Source of the DNA: Lobosporangium transversale
Taxonomy: Eukaryota
Direction: 5' to 3'
NCBI RefSeq assembly: GCF_002105155.1
Contig: NW_019028982.1
Coordinates: 496,001 to 560,000 of the forward strand
Length of the DNA stretch: 64,000 nucleotides
This document shows, one piece after another, positions 1 through 10,550 of this stretch. How positions within the stretch are numbered: position 1 is the first letter of the stretch; each line of letters starts with the position of its first letter. The notes under the pieces were generated by a model that had not been told where the DNA came from, made no database searches, and was given only the letters and a program-made list of their open reading frames with translations. Position numbers and translations under genes: made by a program.

Positions 1-845
1 AAATAAAAAGTACAGATATCAGAAAGCTTGTTCTCTGTTGTTCTCAACTGAATCGAATTGATATCAACTAACTTACAGATACCCTCTTCTAGTGCTCTTA
101 GACGAGATGCAGTTTCACTACCACACTTGCTGGGGGTTTCAGAACGCCCTGGTGGAGCCACGCGGGGTGCCAAGTCCATTCCATCTAATATACGCTTCTG
201 TTTTCGCGACAGGAGCTCATCCGAACAGGGGGTGACAGAGCGACTTGCCCAGGGTTGGGCTGTGAACTGTAGCTCTTCTGAGGTGAGATCTGGCGAGACA
301 GCTTCCGTGATGTGATCTAACTGAGGAGAAAATGGGTCTGGAGGAGAAGAGGATGTCTTGCTAGGATCTGGGGGAGGAGAGGATATCTCACTGGGATCTG
401 GTAGAACAGAGGATGCCTCGCTGGAATACGTTGGATTAAGGAGTTTTGTGGATATGACGATCGGGTTCGAGTCGAGATAATGGTGGTTCCGGCTCTGGTG
501 GTCAGGCAGTAACGCAAACGAGGCGTTTTTTGGACCTTTTTTTTTCTTCGTCAACATTTCTTCAATCATCGTATGGCACGCATGGCATTTGTGGACATGC
601 CGAGAAAACCCTGGTTGCCCAATTTCATCACATCCTTCCCCGGGCGGTTTGAACATGCCATTGTCTGTCAGTGTAGCAATGTAGACGATGCACAGCTTGT
701 TGCCAAAAAGTGGTTTGATGTAAATGTTGGCGGTTGCAGAGGAAGAATGGCTTTCTTTACCATAGTAAGGAGGAGGGGCTGCTCCATGCGTGATAGCCGT
801 GATAGCCGTGATAGCCTTGAGTTTTTTTTGTTTAGCTTTAGGCAT
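1..845 (-). CDS. Hypothetical protein (>=281 codons, 3' end outside the window); His/Cys cluster and Pro/Ser-rich repeats
   Basis: Manual translation from ATG at 845 (MPKAKQKKLKAITAITAITHG...FSRHVHKCHACH...PDPSEISSPPPDPSKTSSSPPDP...) has no stop down to position 1. It is absent from the ORF track, probably because it lacks a stop inside the window. Confidence 0.6.
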   Translation of the reverse strand, partial: MPKAKQKKLKAITAITAITHGAAPPPYYGKESHSSSATANIYIKPLFGNKLCIVYIATLTDNGMFKPPGEGCDEIGQPGFSRHVHKCHACHTMIEEMLTKKKKGPKNASFALLPDHQSRNHHYLDSNPIVISTKLLNPTYSSEASSVLPDPSEISSPPPDPSKTSSSPPDPFSPQLDHITEAVSPDLTSEELQFTAQPWASRSVTPCSDELLSRKQKRILDGMDLAPRVAPPGRSETPSKCGSETASRLRALEEGICKLVDINSIQLRTTENKLSDICTFY

Positions 846-1368
846 CCCAAAACTTGATGTGGATGAGAAGGTGAGAGAGTGAATTTCTTTCATGTTGGCC
901 TTTTTTAAATTTTAAATTTTAATTTCTAGACTCTTTCAAATACAAATGGTTTACTTTACAAAATTCTTATAGTTGAAAGGATTAGCCCTCTGGTTAAAAA
1001 AAGTTGCGTGCGTATACCCAACTTTTTTACACCACATGTGTCCAGTAGTTTTGAGAAAAGCGGTACGTACCCCAACACTCTTACACCACTTTAGTCCGTC
1101 GGTTGATTTTTTTGCACGTCCACTAATATCTTTATGTGAACTTTTTTTTTATATTATTCTCTTGACCAGTTAACTTGGCCAGCAAAAATCGAAACTTTGT
1201 CATCGGCTCCAGAAGAGAAATATGGGGCCCAGGCTAGAAACAGAAAAAAAAATTTTTTTTCTTAGAAACCATTTCGCATGTTGTAACAGTATATAGCCTT
1301 AAGCCTATAAAAAGGCTTGTTTTAATATTTATAATAAAATCACCTTTTGTCTTCACTACCTATTACAC

Positions 1369-2117
1369 ATGTCTTCCACTAACAACATCGTTTCTTCTTC
1401 CTCTGCAGTTAGCACTAGCAGGAAACGCACTCGTGACGAAGTAGAGAGCACTCCCAACGTTAACGAGGTGTCATCGAGTACTCAATCCGATCCAAACGAG
1501 TACCGTGGCAGGCTAGTGCCTTTCAAACCAGTGTCCACGGAAAACCTGTTAAGTGTATATAGTAAACTTTTCCTGGATCCGTACCAGTGTTCAATCCGCG
1601 GGCGGTCTGACCCTTTGCCAGCCGAGTATCAGGACGGGGATGAAGTCTATCCTCGAGAATGGTTGGTACTCGAGGGTCAAGAGGCAAGGACACCCAAGGG
1701 CCATGTGCTAAAGCGTGAAGGCTTCACGCTATTCCGTCTGCATGAGCCATCGTTGTTCAAGCAGTTGGAGAAGCTCAAGCTTCGGCTGGTCTCGGAGGAG
1801 GATTGGGAGACCGCCAAAAAAGCAAGGGCTACTCTGCAACAACAACATAGAGTGGCTGAGGCGCCTGTGGTTGCAAGCACCACAGAGTCAATGCAGCTAG
1901 GGGTCTGCGCAAGGTTTTCACTGAGCTGACCGCTGTTGGCGTGGAAGCGCCTCATAGTAAACGCTTGGAGGAAAGGGCAGCTCTATGGATAGAGCTATAT
2001 AAGACGGTTGTGCCAGCCAAGCATCCTGTCGATCAAGAGGAGACTGCTAGCGAGCCAAACAGTTCTCCTCGTCATAGTAAGAGAGCTCGAACATCCGTAG
2101 AGCCATCTACAAAATAG
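1369..2117 (+). pseudogene. Hypothetical gene with one apparent frameshift near 1900 (pseudogene or sequencing indel)
   Basis: ORF 1369-1929 (NLS-like RKRTR, TATA-like sequence upstream). A second frame open 1902-2117 (GLRKVFTELTAVG...HSKRARTSVEPSTK*) reads like the natural C-terminus and is followed by AATAAA. Confidence 0.5.
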
Positions 2118-3043
2118 TATTTTTTTTCATCGACATTAATAAAAGTGCAATTTGACAGAGTTAGAGGTCACACTCAGGCACCAGAGTTTTGAAGCATAAA
2201 AAAATATATTTGTGGTATCGATCGACTGAAACAACTCACTACTTGAATTGAATCAGGTTTGGCACATGAATTTTTCCACCTTACGCTCAGTGGAAGAAGA
2301 GGCTTTCAAAAGATCGGCCTTGCTTTCAGTGTCAATGGCTCAACTCTGAAGATAAAATAAAGCTAAGCTACAAGTATTTAAGTAAATGCAACCAGTGTAA
2401 AGTCTGTATGTATAAATGGTTAATGAGAGATGCCTGTCCCTTTAATATTACAGACAATGTTAATAGAGCACAAGGTATCCTTTCCATAACCTAAACCCCA
2501 CTACTCCTGTGGACAAGATAAAGGAGAGTCCAGCTGGCGTAAGCAATATAAGAGGTCCAACGAAAACCCAGCTACCCGAGTATGTCCGCAATATGGACCA
2601 TCCGGCGCAGTATACCGTGTATGGTATTGCTAAGCAACATGGCGACCTCGAAATCGAGTTATAACCAATTTCCGCTGAGAAATAAAATCCTTAATTATTA
2701 TTTATTATTTTTTTATATACTATAAAATGTAATTATTTTATGACAATGGGGGACTCATGTAGTGCGTGTAAAGGTGCTGAAGGCTGAAGGTTTGAGCCTA
2801 GTGACGAATGCAAGCTTGGGAAAGGATCACTCACAAACTCGTCTATTGCTGTAAGCTTTAATGACTAGAAAAAAGAGAGGACTTCAGTAGAGTTGAATTA
2901 GGTCGTTGGACATGTAATCGGAAAATGAGGAAAAGAGGTGCATTGGGTGAGAACGTTAGGTGTCTGCTGGAAACATGACTGAAGGTATAAAGCGCATTAA
3001 CTGAAGCGTTAGCCGAGATGTTAAAAAAAGAGTGTACCATATC

Positions 3044-3197
3044 AAAAAAAAAAAAAAAAAAAAAAAAAAAGGTGCAAAAAAAGGTGTAAAAAAAGGTGTA
3101 AAAAAAGGCGTAAAAAAAGGCGTAGGTGTAAAAAAAGGTGTAAAAAAAAGGTGCAACAAAAAAAGGGAAGCTGAGGGTGTTAGAAGCACATCGTTTT

Positions 3198-3230
<33 letters not shown>
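3044..3230 (+). repeat. Poly(A)-flanked tandem array of about 12-bp GG(T/C)G(T/C)AAAAAAA units
   Basis: About 7 copies of ggtgtaaaaaaa-like units at 3071-3165 between two long A tracts. Confidence 0.85.
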
Positions 3231-3232
<2 letters not shown>

Positions 3233-3423
3233 AATAATGTGTAAACAACACGCATTCGCAAGATCATACACGCATTCAAACATGGATTGACGAGTGTCGT
3301 ATAAACTGGGGGCACCTTCATCTGACCTATTGGACCCATAGCTAAGTTTAACGCCAAGGTTTTTTGTTATCTTTGTATGAGTGGGCTTTCCTCGGCCCTG
3401 TCTCTTCGCAACCATCGGAGTGA

Positions 3424-4816
3424 GTCGCACGATGGATCCCGCGGACGAATTCTACCCTCAAGTGTGAATGCTACGACCACTCTGTCCAGACCCACAGGTC
3501 ACTGAAGGACCATCTCCTTAAGTGTCCAATGGTCAGCAAACTCGTGTTCCCGCGGCCGTGTTCGTGGTGCAAGGAGCCGATGAAGATGACAGAGAAAGCG
3601 AAGAAACAAAACTCCTTGAAAGACGTTGCGGCTCTTGCGAGCCACTCCCTCAAATGCGAATCATGGCCGGTTAGCGTGTCTCAGGAGGACTGGCGTTTAT
3701 TTGAGATGGAGCTTATCGACAACGTGAAGCATGTTGCTAGTGCTGAATTTGCCAAGAATATGTTTATGTCAATATCGATAAAGTTAATGGACGGCGAGAA
3801 GCTGTTTGGTTTTGCGCTTGCTCCCCGAGCCTATATACTTAAGAAAGAAGGGAAGTCGCCTTGGTGAGCCCTTTGAACCATCAACAAGAAAGGACACTGG
3901 AGGACGCGGACTTGGAGATGGCTCTGAAGCCTCAGCCTTACGGTCGGCTGGTGAAGCTGGAGGAGTACGAGCTGGCGAAGGATAACGACTAGTTTTGGCA
4001 CATGCCGTTCTTAGGTAACAGCGAGCAGGTGGCAAGGAAGTTGCAGAGCTGTCTGATCCAGTCTGGTAACGACATTATCATGTGTCTTAAGGTGGAGGTG
4101 TACAGCCGTCTTCAGTCCGAGGACCCCCATGCCGATGCATTCGTGGCTTTTCCAGGTAGCAAGGTGGTCAAGGTCGCCAGTCAGTTGTTCAATCGTACCA
4201 GCCAGCTGATGATTGGAACAACCGCATGGAGTGCTCTAGTGACGATGGGCGTTGTGCTGACGAGTGGCAAAGTTATTGTGGGGCCACATAACATCGTTTT
4301 CAATCCTCACAGTGAGTCGCACATATGGCTCAAGAAGGTAGTGAGGAATACCTGTACAACAATGTGGAGCGTCAGACGCGGTCCAACTTTGACGAAGAGG
4401 CCACGTACGGCAAGCACGCTGCCGTACATCCTCAGTTTAAATCGCCCTTCACCAGTCCAGTGCTGTTGGCGACTTTGTGGCATTTCAAGCATCAGCAGAA
4501 GGGATGGTCAGGCCTCAAGCTTGCTGCCTATATTTTCTACGAACTCTACAGTGACAAGGGCGTTGTGCTGAAGAAGCAGGTGGAGGATTACTTGGCCCTG
4601 ATTCCGCATGCCAAGCAAGGTAATGGCGGGATTTACAAAAATCTGGAGCAATTGGTCAAAGTCATGAAGGCGGAAGAGACAAGGCCTGTCTCGGCGGAGG
4701 TTGATAAAAAGCTGAGCGGTCTTGCAGACAAAATACAAACAGAACTGACTCGTATCAACACCGGTACTATCACAGTCAACGTTGAGGCGCAGCTAAAGAG
4801 AATACTACAACCGTGA
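3424..4816 (+). pseudogene. Disrupted gene: N-terminal Cys/His (zinc-finger-like) motifs plus a lineage-specific domain
   Basis: Three consecutive frames: 3424-3867 (KCECYDH...HLLKC; CSWC...HSLKC), about 3852-4330 (in-frame TAG at 3990-3992, then VEVYSRLQSEDPHA...LMIGTTAWSALVT) and 4325-4816. Two -1 shifts and one stop. Confidence 0.55.
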
Positions 4817-5398
4817 AAGACGTATGAGTAATTTTATCATCATCAACGCGGAGTCCTTTACATTTTTTTTCATATCAGATTATGTCTCCCTCCCGCCATG
4901 CTTCTATACTATCTTTCTGCGATTTTTATTAAATGACGACAAAGACGATATTTATACAATAAATAAGACTAAATGGGTGAAGATAAAAGAACCATTATGA
5001 AAAAGAAGGAACCTAGTCTACACTGAATTATATACAATAGAATGGTATTACAATAAATTACAATGTGATGAACATGATTAGGACAATAGATTGCAATATG
5101 ATACAGACAATAATAAATTACAAAATGATACAGTAGAAGTGGTACTTGAGATGATACAGGCTGGGACGACAAAAGTGCGAAGGTTCTCACAAGGCTTATG
5201 CTGATGAGGATGATATTGGAGCAAAGAATAAGAGCAGAGAAAGGACCAGAAATGAGAACATAATTGGAGCTGGAGACAGGGCAGGGGACGAGGTATAAAT
5301 GCGGGAGGATTGATCCTTGCTCCTGTACAGAGTAAGCTTCTATGTGAAGCTACTGTCTGGATTCAAAGAAAATGGACCTCCATGACGGGGACATTGCA

Positions 5399-8194
5399 CT
5401 ATTCCCTAAATGCCTCATCTAGGTCAGAGAAGTCGTATTCATCATCTGCTATCACATCTAAATCTGGGCTATCGTATCCATCTGTCTGCATGTTTTCAGG
5501 GAAACAGGAGGTAATATACGACTCCACCTGTTGATCTTCTATCGCAAGGCTTGCGAGAACAGTCGCCATGTCTTCGGTACTATTTCGTTCGGAAATGTGC
5601 TTAACAATGTTTTGGAAGCGTCCTGCTACCAGCTTTTCAAAGCCTTCGCAATACAAATCTGTGGTAATCGGAATATGGCTGCTGCCCAGACAGGAACCTC
5701 TGCCAAGAATATTATAGTCACGAAGATGAGCTACAATTCTTATGATATCTTCATCGACAGAAACTGGTGAGTGTCGAGTACTGTTGGGAATCATGTTGTA
5801 CTGTGACTCGAGCACCGACTTGAGCTTCGAAAACAGACGAATGTTGGTAGATATTGAATTGGCCAATGTCTCCCAGGACATATTGCTTCCCTTCGCTGCA
5901 TGAATGACTTTTGTCAGCAGGTTATTGTGCTCTTGGTACAAATCCGCAGGGATCCTCCCATTCTCCTTGCCCTTCGTATTTATCAGCAAGGAGGACAAAA
6001 TAGCCTTCCTCCGTTGTGCAGACCAGCCGTAGTGGATCCCATATGTCAAACGCAAGAGCTCGCCTGCATAGTTTTTCATTCCTCCAGCTTGAAACATGAC
6101 GGTTATCGTTCCCAGCACATCTTGGATGCGTCCGATGTCCCCAGCCTTTATGGCTGCACCCAATTCGATATAAACAAGAGCATCCCTGATAAACAAAGCC
6201 GCGTTTGCATTCGCACTGCCGCTTTCCTCGGCGATCTGATGTGCGTTGCGCAACCACTTTTGTATGACAGCGTCGACCCCTTCGCAAACTTTGCCTAAAA
6301 TATTGTCCGACTTGCCATAGTTCTCTAGCCTGCACTCATAAGCCTGCATGTCGCTGATATTTAGCCCAAACTCAACTTCCCATAGCCGTCTTACCATTGC
6401 ATCGAAAGTATGCCTTATCAGTTCGTCTGCGGCGTGAAAGTTGGATGTATCACGGCCAAGTCGCTTTCGCCCCAGCATGGATATAATAAAACCCAGAGAC
6501 CCTGGTGATGAAAAGGACCCATAATGAGTACGAAGGATTGTACCACAGAGAACCATTTGGAGGTGAAAGAGCTGTATCACAGGAATCGCCCATTGCATTC
6601 GATCGAAGCTTGTTCTATCTTCTCTGCGTAGCTCTTGCAAGGATGCTATTCTGGATATGGTAAGCTGATCCCCCGCAACTATAACTTTTGTATAGTCGGT
6701 GAACCACTCTTCAGGCAGCTGAAGCGTGTCTCTCATTATTGTCTCAAGGATCTCAATGTTGCCTGATATAGTTGATTGATCGATCTTCAACGCAGGCAAC
6801 GGGTATGTTTTTGTCTCCTTTACTTCAAGGGGCTCTATTGAAGGGGCATCCATCGAGCAGTCGTAGGTGGTGAAATGCCGCTGAAGAACGTCGATCAAAT
6901 GGAACCGAGTGACATCTCTACGGCATTATCAGAACGATTAGCTAAAAAAAAAAAAAAAAAAAAAAAGGTAGACTGATTATGCACTTCAGTCGTGTTTTTG
7001 TGTCTGTGCCTCACCTTGAGTGCAATTGCCTTGGAATAAGGGTGCAAATGGAGATGGGAAGTACATCTTGATCTTGATCTGGCCCAATATCCTCGCCGAG
7101 CACGATGGTCGCGGTGGTCCCATTATCGAAGGAGTCTAAGTTATTGCTGCGCTGGTCATATTTCCGATTGGCCATATTAATGTTATCATACAGCAAGTAC
7201 CATGGGCGCTTCCTAACTTGGGAACGAACCTCCTGAAGAGAATTCCTTGTTAACGATCTGAGGGCTGTGCAGATCGTCATATGTGACACCGATAGACCAC
7301 TCACAGCGAGCAAATTTATCACACGCTTTGGACATCCCGAGGCATGCAGATGAAGTCCCATCATCATTTGCAAGTAGTTCGACTTCTGGGAACAGAGTTT
7401 CACCAACATGCTAACGATAGTGACACGAATTGCTGGTGCTTTTTCAATGGAGTAAGGGTTGACCGATGTCAAATTGGAGATGATTTTGAAGAGCAGGGGT
7501 GCTGATTCCAACTTCTTATTAATTAAATTTAATGAAAATTCCTGGACCACCTTGGGGGACAAATTCTTGGCTGGAAGCCTCAGGTCATCGGTCTTGGTGA
7601 GCTCCTCGAGTTCACGTTTTGCGCCATCAACGACAATGTCTGCTGCAGCCCGACCGAGATCGTCGTATGCCTTATTATGAGCCTTTTCGGATTCCAATTG
7701 CGATTTCCACGTCTCGACTATGGAAGCAGGACCGCTATTAGCATAAAATCTCCTGACGCTTCCTTGGACGACCCTATGGCGCGATTCAAATACATCTGAT
7801 AGGAATTGACGTAACGATATTTTTTTTTCCTCTACCAGCACTTTAAAAATATCGACCAAGTAATCATCATTGGAAGGATAGATGGAGGGAGTTTCGCCGA
7901 TAATTTCCAGCTCCTCCTGCTGTTCCGATGTAGGCGTTGGGGTTTCTCCTTCTTCCAATGCTTTCCACATCTGGCGCATTGTGCTAGAGATGAGGGGCAT
8001 GAAGAGATATGTGGAGGATAGACGTGAGATTTGAGGACACATTGACATTTGACACTAACATTGGTTCCGTTTTAGCAATAGTATACATACATGTTTCTCA
8101 GCGGCTCAGGAACCGATGGGGTAGCCTGGTTAGGTGTGCGATAGCTCTTAGGAAGCTTGATAGGTTTGAAATTACGAAATTTGATAGAATCCAT
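5399..8194 (-). CDS. DUF6589-type (Academ-like) DDE transposase, 3 exons, about 860 aa, apparently intact
   Basis: Exons 8194-8091, 7983-7015, 6917-5399 join in frame with GT..AG introns (gtatgt..ctag; gtgagg..gtag). Motifs LYDNIN, AGDQLT, QLFHLQM, PGSL, FHAADEL, KNYAGELL, LINTKG and PADLYQEHNN match DUF6589 proteins as I recognise them. Confidence 0.8.
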
Positions 8195-8260
8195 CGTAAG
8201 TTGTTTGTAGAGGGGTGGAGTGTAGGAAGTGAAGAGATAAGTGTTTGAGAGAGGTAAGCC

Positions 8261-8329
8261 GAGAAGCGAGAAAGAGAAGCGGAAGGGAAGCGAGAAAGAG
8301 AAGCGCGAAAGAGAAGCGGAAGGGAAGCG
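8261..8329 (+). repeat. GA-rich tandem repeat (GAGAAGCG(A/G/C)GAA units) just upstream of the transposase
   Basis: Repeated gagaagcg / gggaagcg units seen directly. Confidence 0.7.
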
Positions 8330-8695
8330 ATTAAGTGAGGTTAAGAAGTCAAGCCCATTCAGGTTTATGAAACAATATCACAATATGTTACAAAAATAAA
8401 CAAAGACTTTTTTTATTTTTTATTTTTTTTGCTAGAAAACTATGGCATGCAGCAATTGTGAATAGAATATTCACCTTGAGCTCAGGACTCAGACTGTGAA
8501 GGGGATTGGAGGTGGAACGCGATATTAAAAAAAAAAAAAAAAAAAAAAATTATTATTGTGCATGAATTTTTTATAAGTATAAATACTTATAAAAAATACA
8601 GCCACTAGTTCTGTCCCTTGCATATACGGAAGAATATTCCCTCAAGTGTATTATTTATTTCCTTTTTGAGCTACCAGCTAATAAGCGAAGATTTT

Positions 8696-8783
8696 TTCCC
8701 AGCCCCTTCACTTTAGGTGACTCAAAAAGGAAATGGAATTTCCTGTCACCTTTATAAAGTGAAGAGGGATGGGTACGAGCCTA
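8696..8783 (-). repeat. Transposon terminus, near-identical to 88 of the 96 bp of the mini-element at 16680-16775
   Basis: Reverse complement of 8696-8783 matches 16680-16767 with one mismatch. The final CGAGCCTA of the mini-element is absent at the inner side. Confidence 0.9.
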
Positions 8784-10550
8784 AAGTTTCTCTACAATTT
8801 CCTGTGTCCTCAACGGTCCACCTTCATTCTAAGCCCAACGGCACAAATTGCCAATAGGGGACAGAGGAGAGGTTATAGATCGTCGATACCGAATCTATGA
8901 GGAGGTGTGCGCCGGATTGCCGAGAGAAATATTTCCAATCATTGTTGTATGTTAAGTGTATGCGCGCTAATCGTGGCTTATAACTGATTGAAGGCTTGTC
9001 TGTCATTTTCTTTGTGCGCTGTCATTCCCATTGATCTTTAATTCTCTTTCCTCCATCTCTCAGTTGTACCGTGATGGATTTACCCATCAGTGAATTTCCT
9101 GAGTATTCTAAAGCTCAAGGGAGGAACTTCTTGATGATTTAACATCCATCAACCAGGGCCTTTTTGTGAATGATCACACATCTATACCCGCTTTACTCAA
9201 AGATAACGCGATATGTAAAACTCTTTTTTTTTATTACGCGTTTTATTAGTCGTCCATAATACGCGTCTAAAAGGATAGAGTTGTTTTTATTTATTTTAGA
9301 CTGTATTAAGCGAAACAGCTGCAAAAATGGCCACCACAAGAAATAACGTGGTGGACCTTGTGAACGAAACAGCTGTAATGTTGAGGTAAATTGCAAAATA
9401 GAAAGTATGATACTGGTATTTAAAAAGGTTCGACCTATGGCTATAGCATGATGATAGGGTTATTAACAATACCGTCTTTTTCTTTCTTAGTTCTTTAAAG
9501 AGAAAAACACAATATTTCACCTTGATATCAATTGAGGTGATTCTAGAATCGTGAAGTGTTGCAACTAAATAGTCGCTTAATTGACCTACGAATTGAGAAT
9601 TAAAGAAAAACAATAACAAAAAAACAACGGAGGAGGATTCTTTACTTCGCATAAATTCATATATCTTCCCTATCTTCTGTCTTTACACGCGAAAGATTGC
9701 CCAATATCACACTGGCAAATCCTGATTGCAGTTCCGCAAAGCATTAAGCCATTGAACCCCAAAACTGAACGACGTTCTAGTTCACACGACCTATAGATTT
9801 CGATAGAGTCCAGCCAACTATTGCGCAACCTCAGAAACAATTAGAAAGCTTCAGTGGGTGGAGATTTGTGAGCTAACCTTCAGCCACAAGCCTGTACAAG
9901 TACATCTTTCATCCATACCCTTGGTATTTTTAATTGTTGGACCAAAGCCTGCTGCTTCTTTTTTTTTTTTTTTTTTTTTTTTTAATCCACATGTGTTTAT
10001 GTAATATCCACATGTGGGCGAATGTCATACTTTTGTCAATTTTTGCAGTTTGTTCACTTTTTTTTTTTTTTTTTTTTTTTGGCGCACCGCCCACCAGGCA
10101 GGATACACAAAATCAAAGTGGATACAAGGCATAGCCCCCACTGTTAACGACAATTAAAAGTCTTTGCTGTATCATTTCATTTGTAAAATACATAATGCCA
10201 ATATTTTTCATGCAGAACAAAAATAAGGAGAGACAAATTTATCCCGACTGTCGCTCGGTTAACAAGAGAAACAAAAGGGTAAAAAAAATGCAAGGGGCAG
10301 GGGAAAGAAAAGATGTCTCCTTTGTCTATGTACACAGGTGCAGAAATTGGTGCATGTAGCATTCATTATTTCCGGATATAATGTAAATTCACTTCACAAA
10401 CACCCATTGTTGCTTTCTTTTTTTTCTTTTTTTTTATACCTCCATCTCTACATCTTATTACTTGTAATCAATCAGTAACTTCATTCACAGTGACAACAGC
10501 GTTTCGACGTCGCCTTATCGCCTTGATCTCATCCGTTCAAAACATTAGTC

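Larger units (their letters stand above)
1..8783 (-). mobile_element. Putative AcademH-like DNA transposon, one terminus at 8783; runs off the left edge of the window
   Basis: Intact DUF6589-type transposase gene starts about 590 bp inside a terminus that reads TAGGCTCGTACCC... on the - strand. The same terminal sequence forms a 96-bp element with a 9-bp TSD at 16680-16775. TAG..CTA ends and 9-bp TSDs fit AcademH as I recall it. The other end is not in the window, so the left extent is inferred. Confidence 0.6.

Noticed and set aside
3044..3230. Array considered as CRISPR-like or telomeric
   Set aside because: No unique spacers, eukaryotic context, internal position, and not TTAGGG-like.
2956..3357. 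Poly-Lys and poly-Phe ORFs (3032-3244 +, 2956-3357 -)
   Set aside because: Translations of A/T homopolymers and the 12-bp array; no coding signal.
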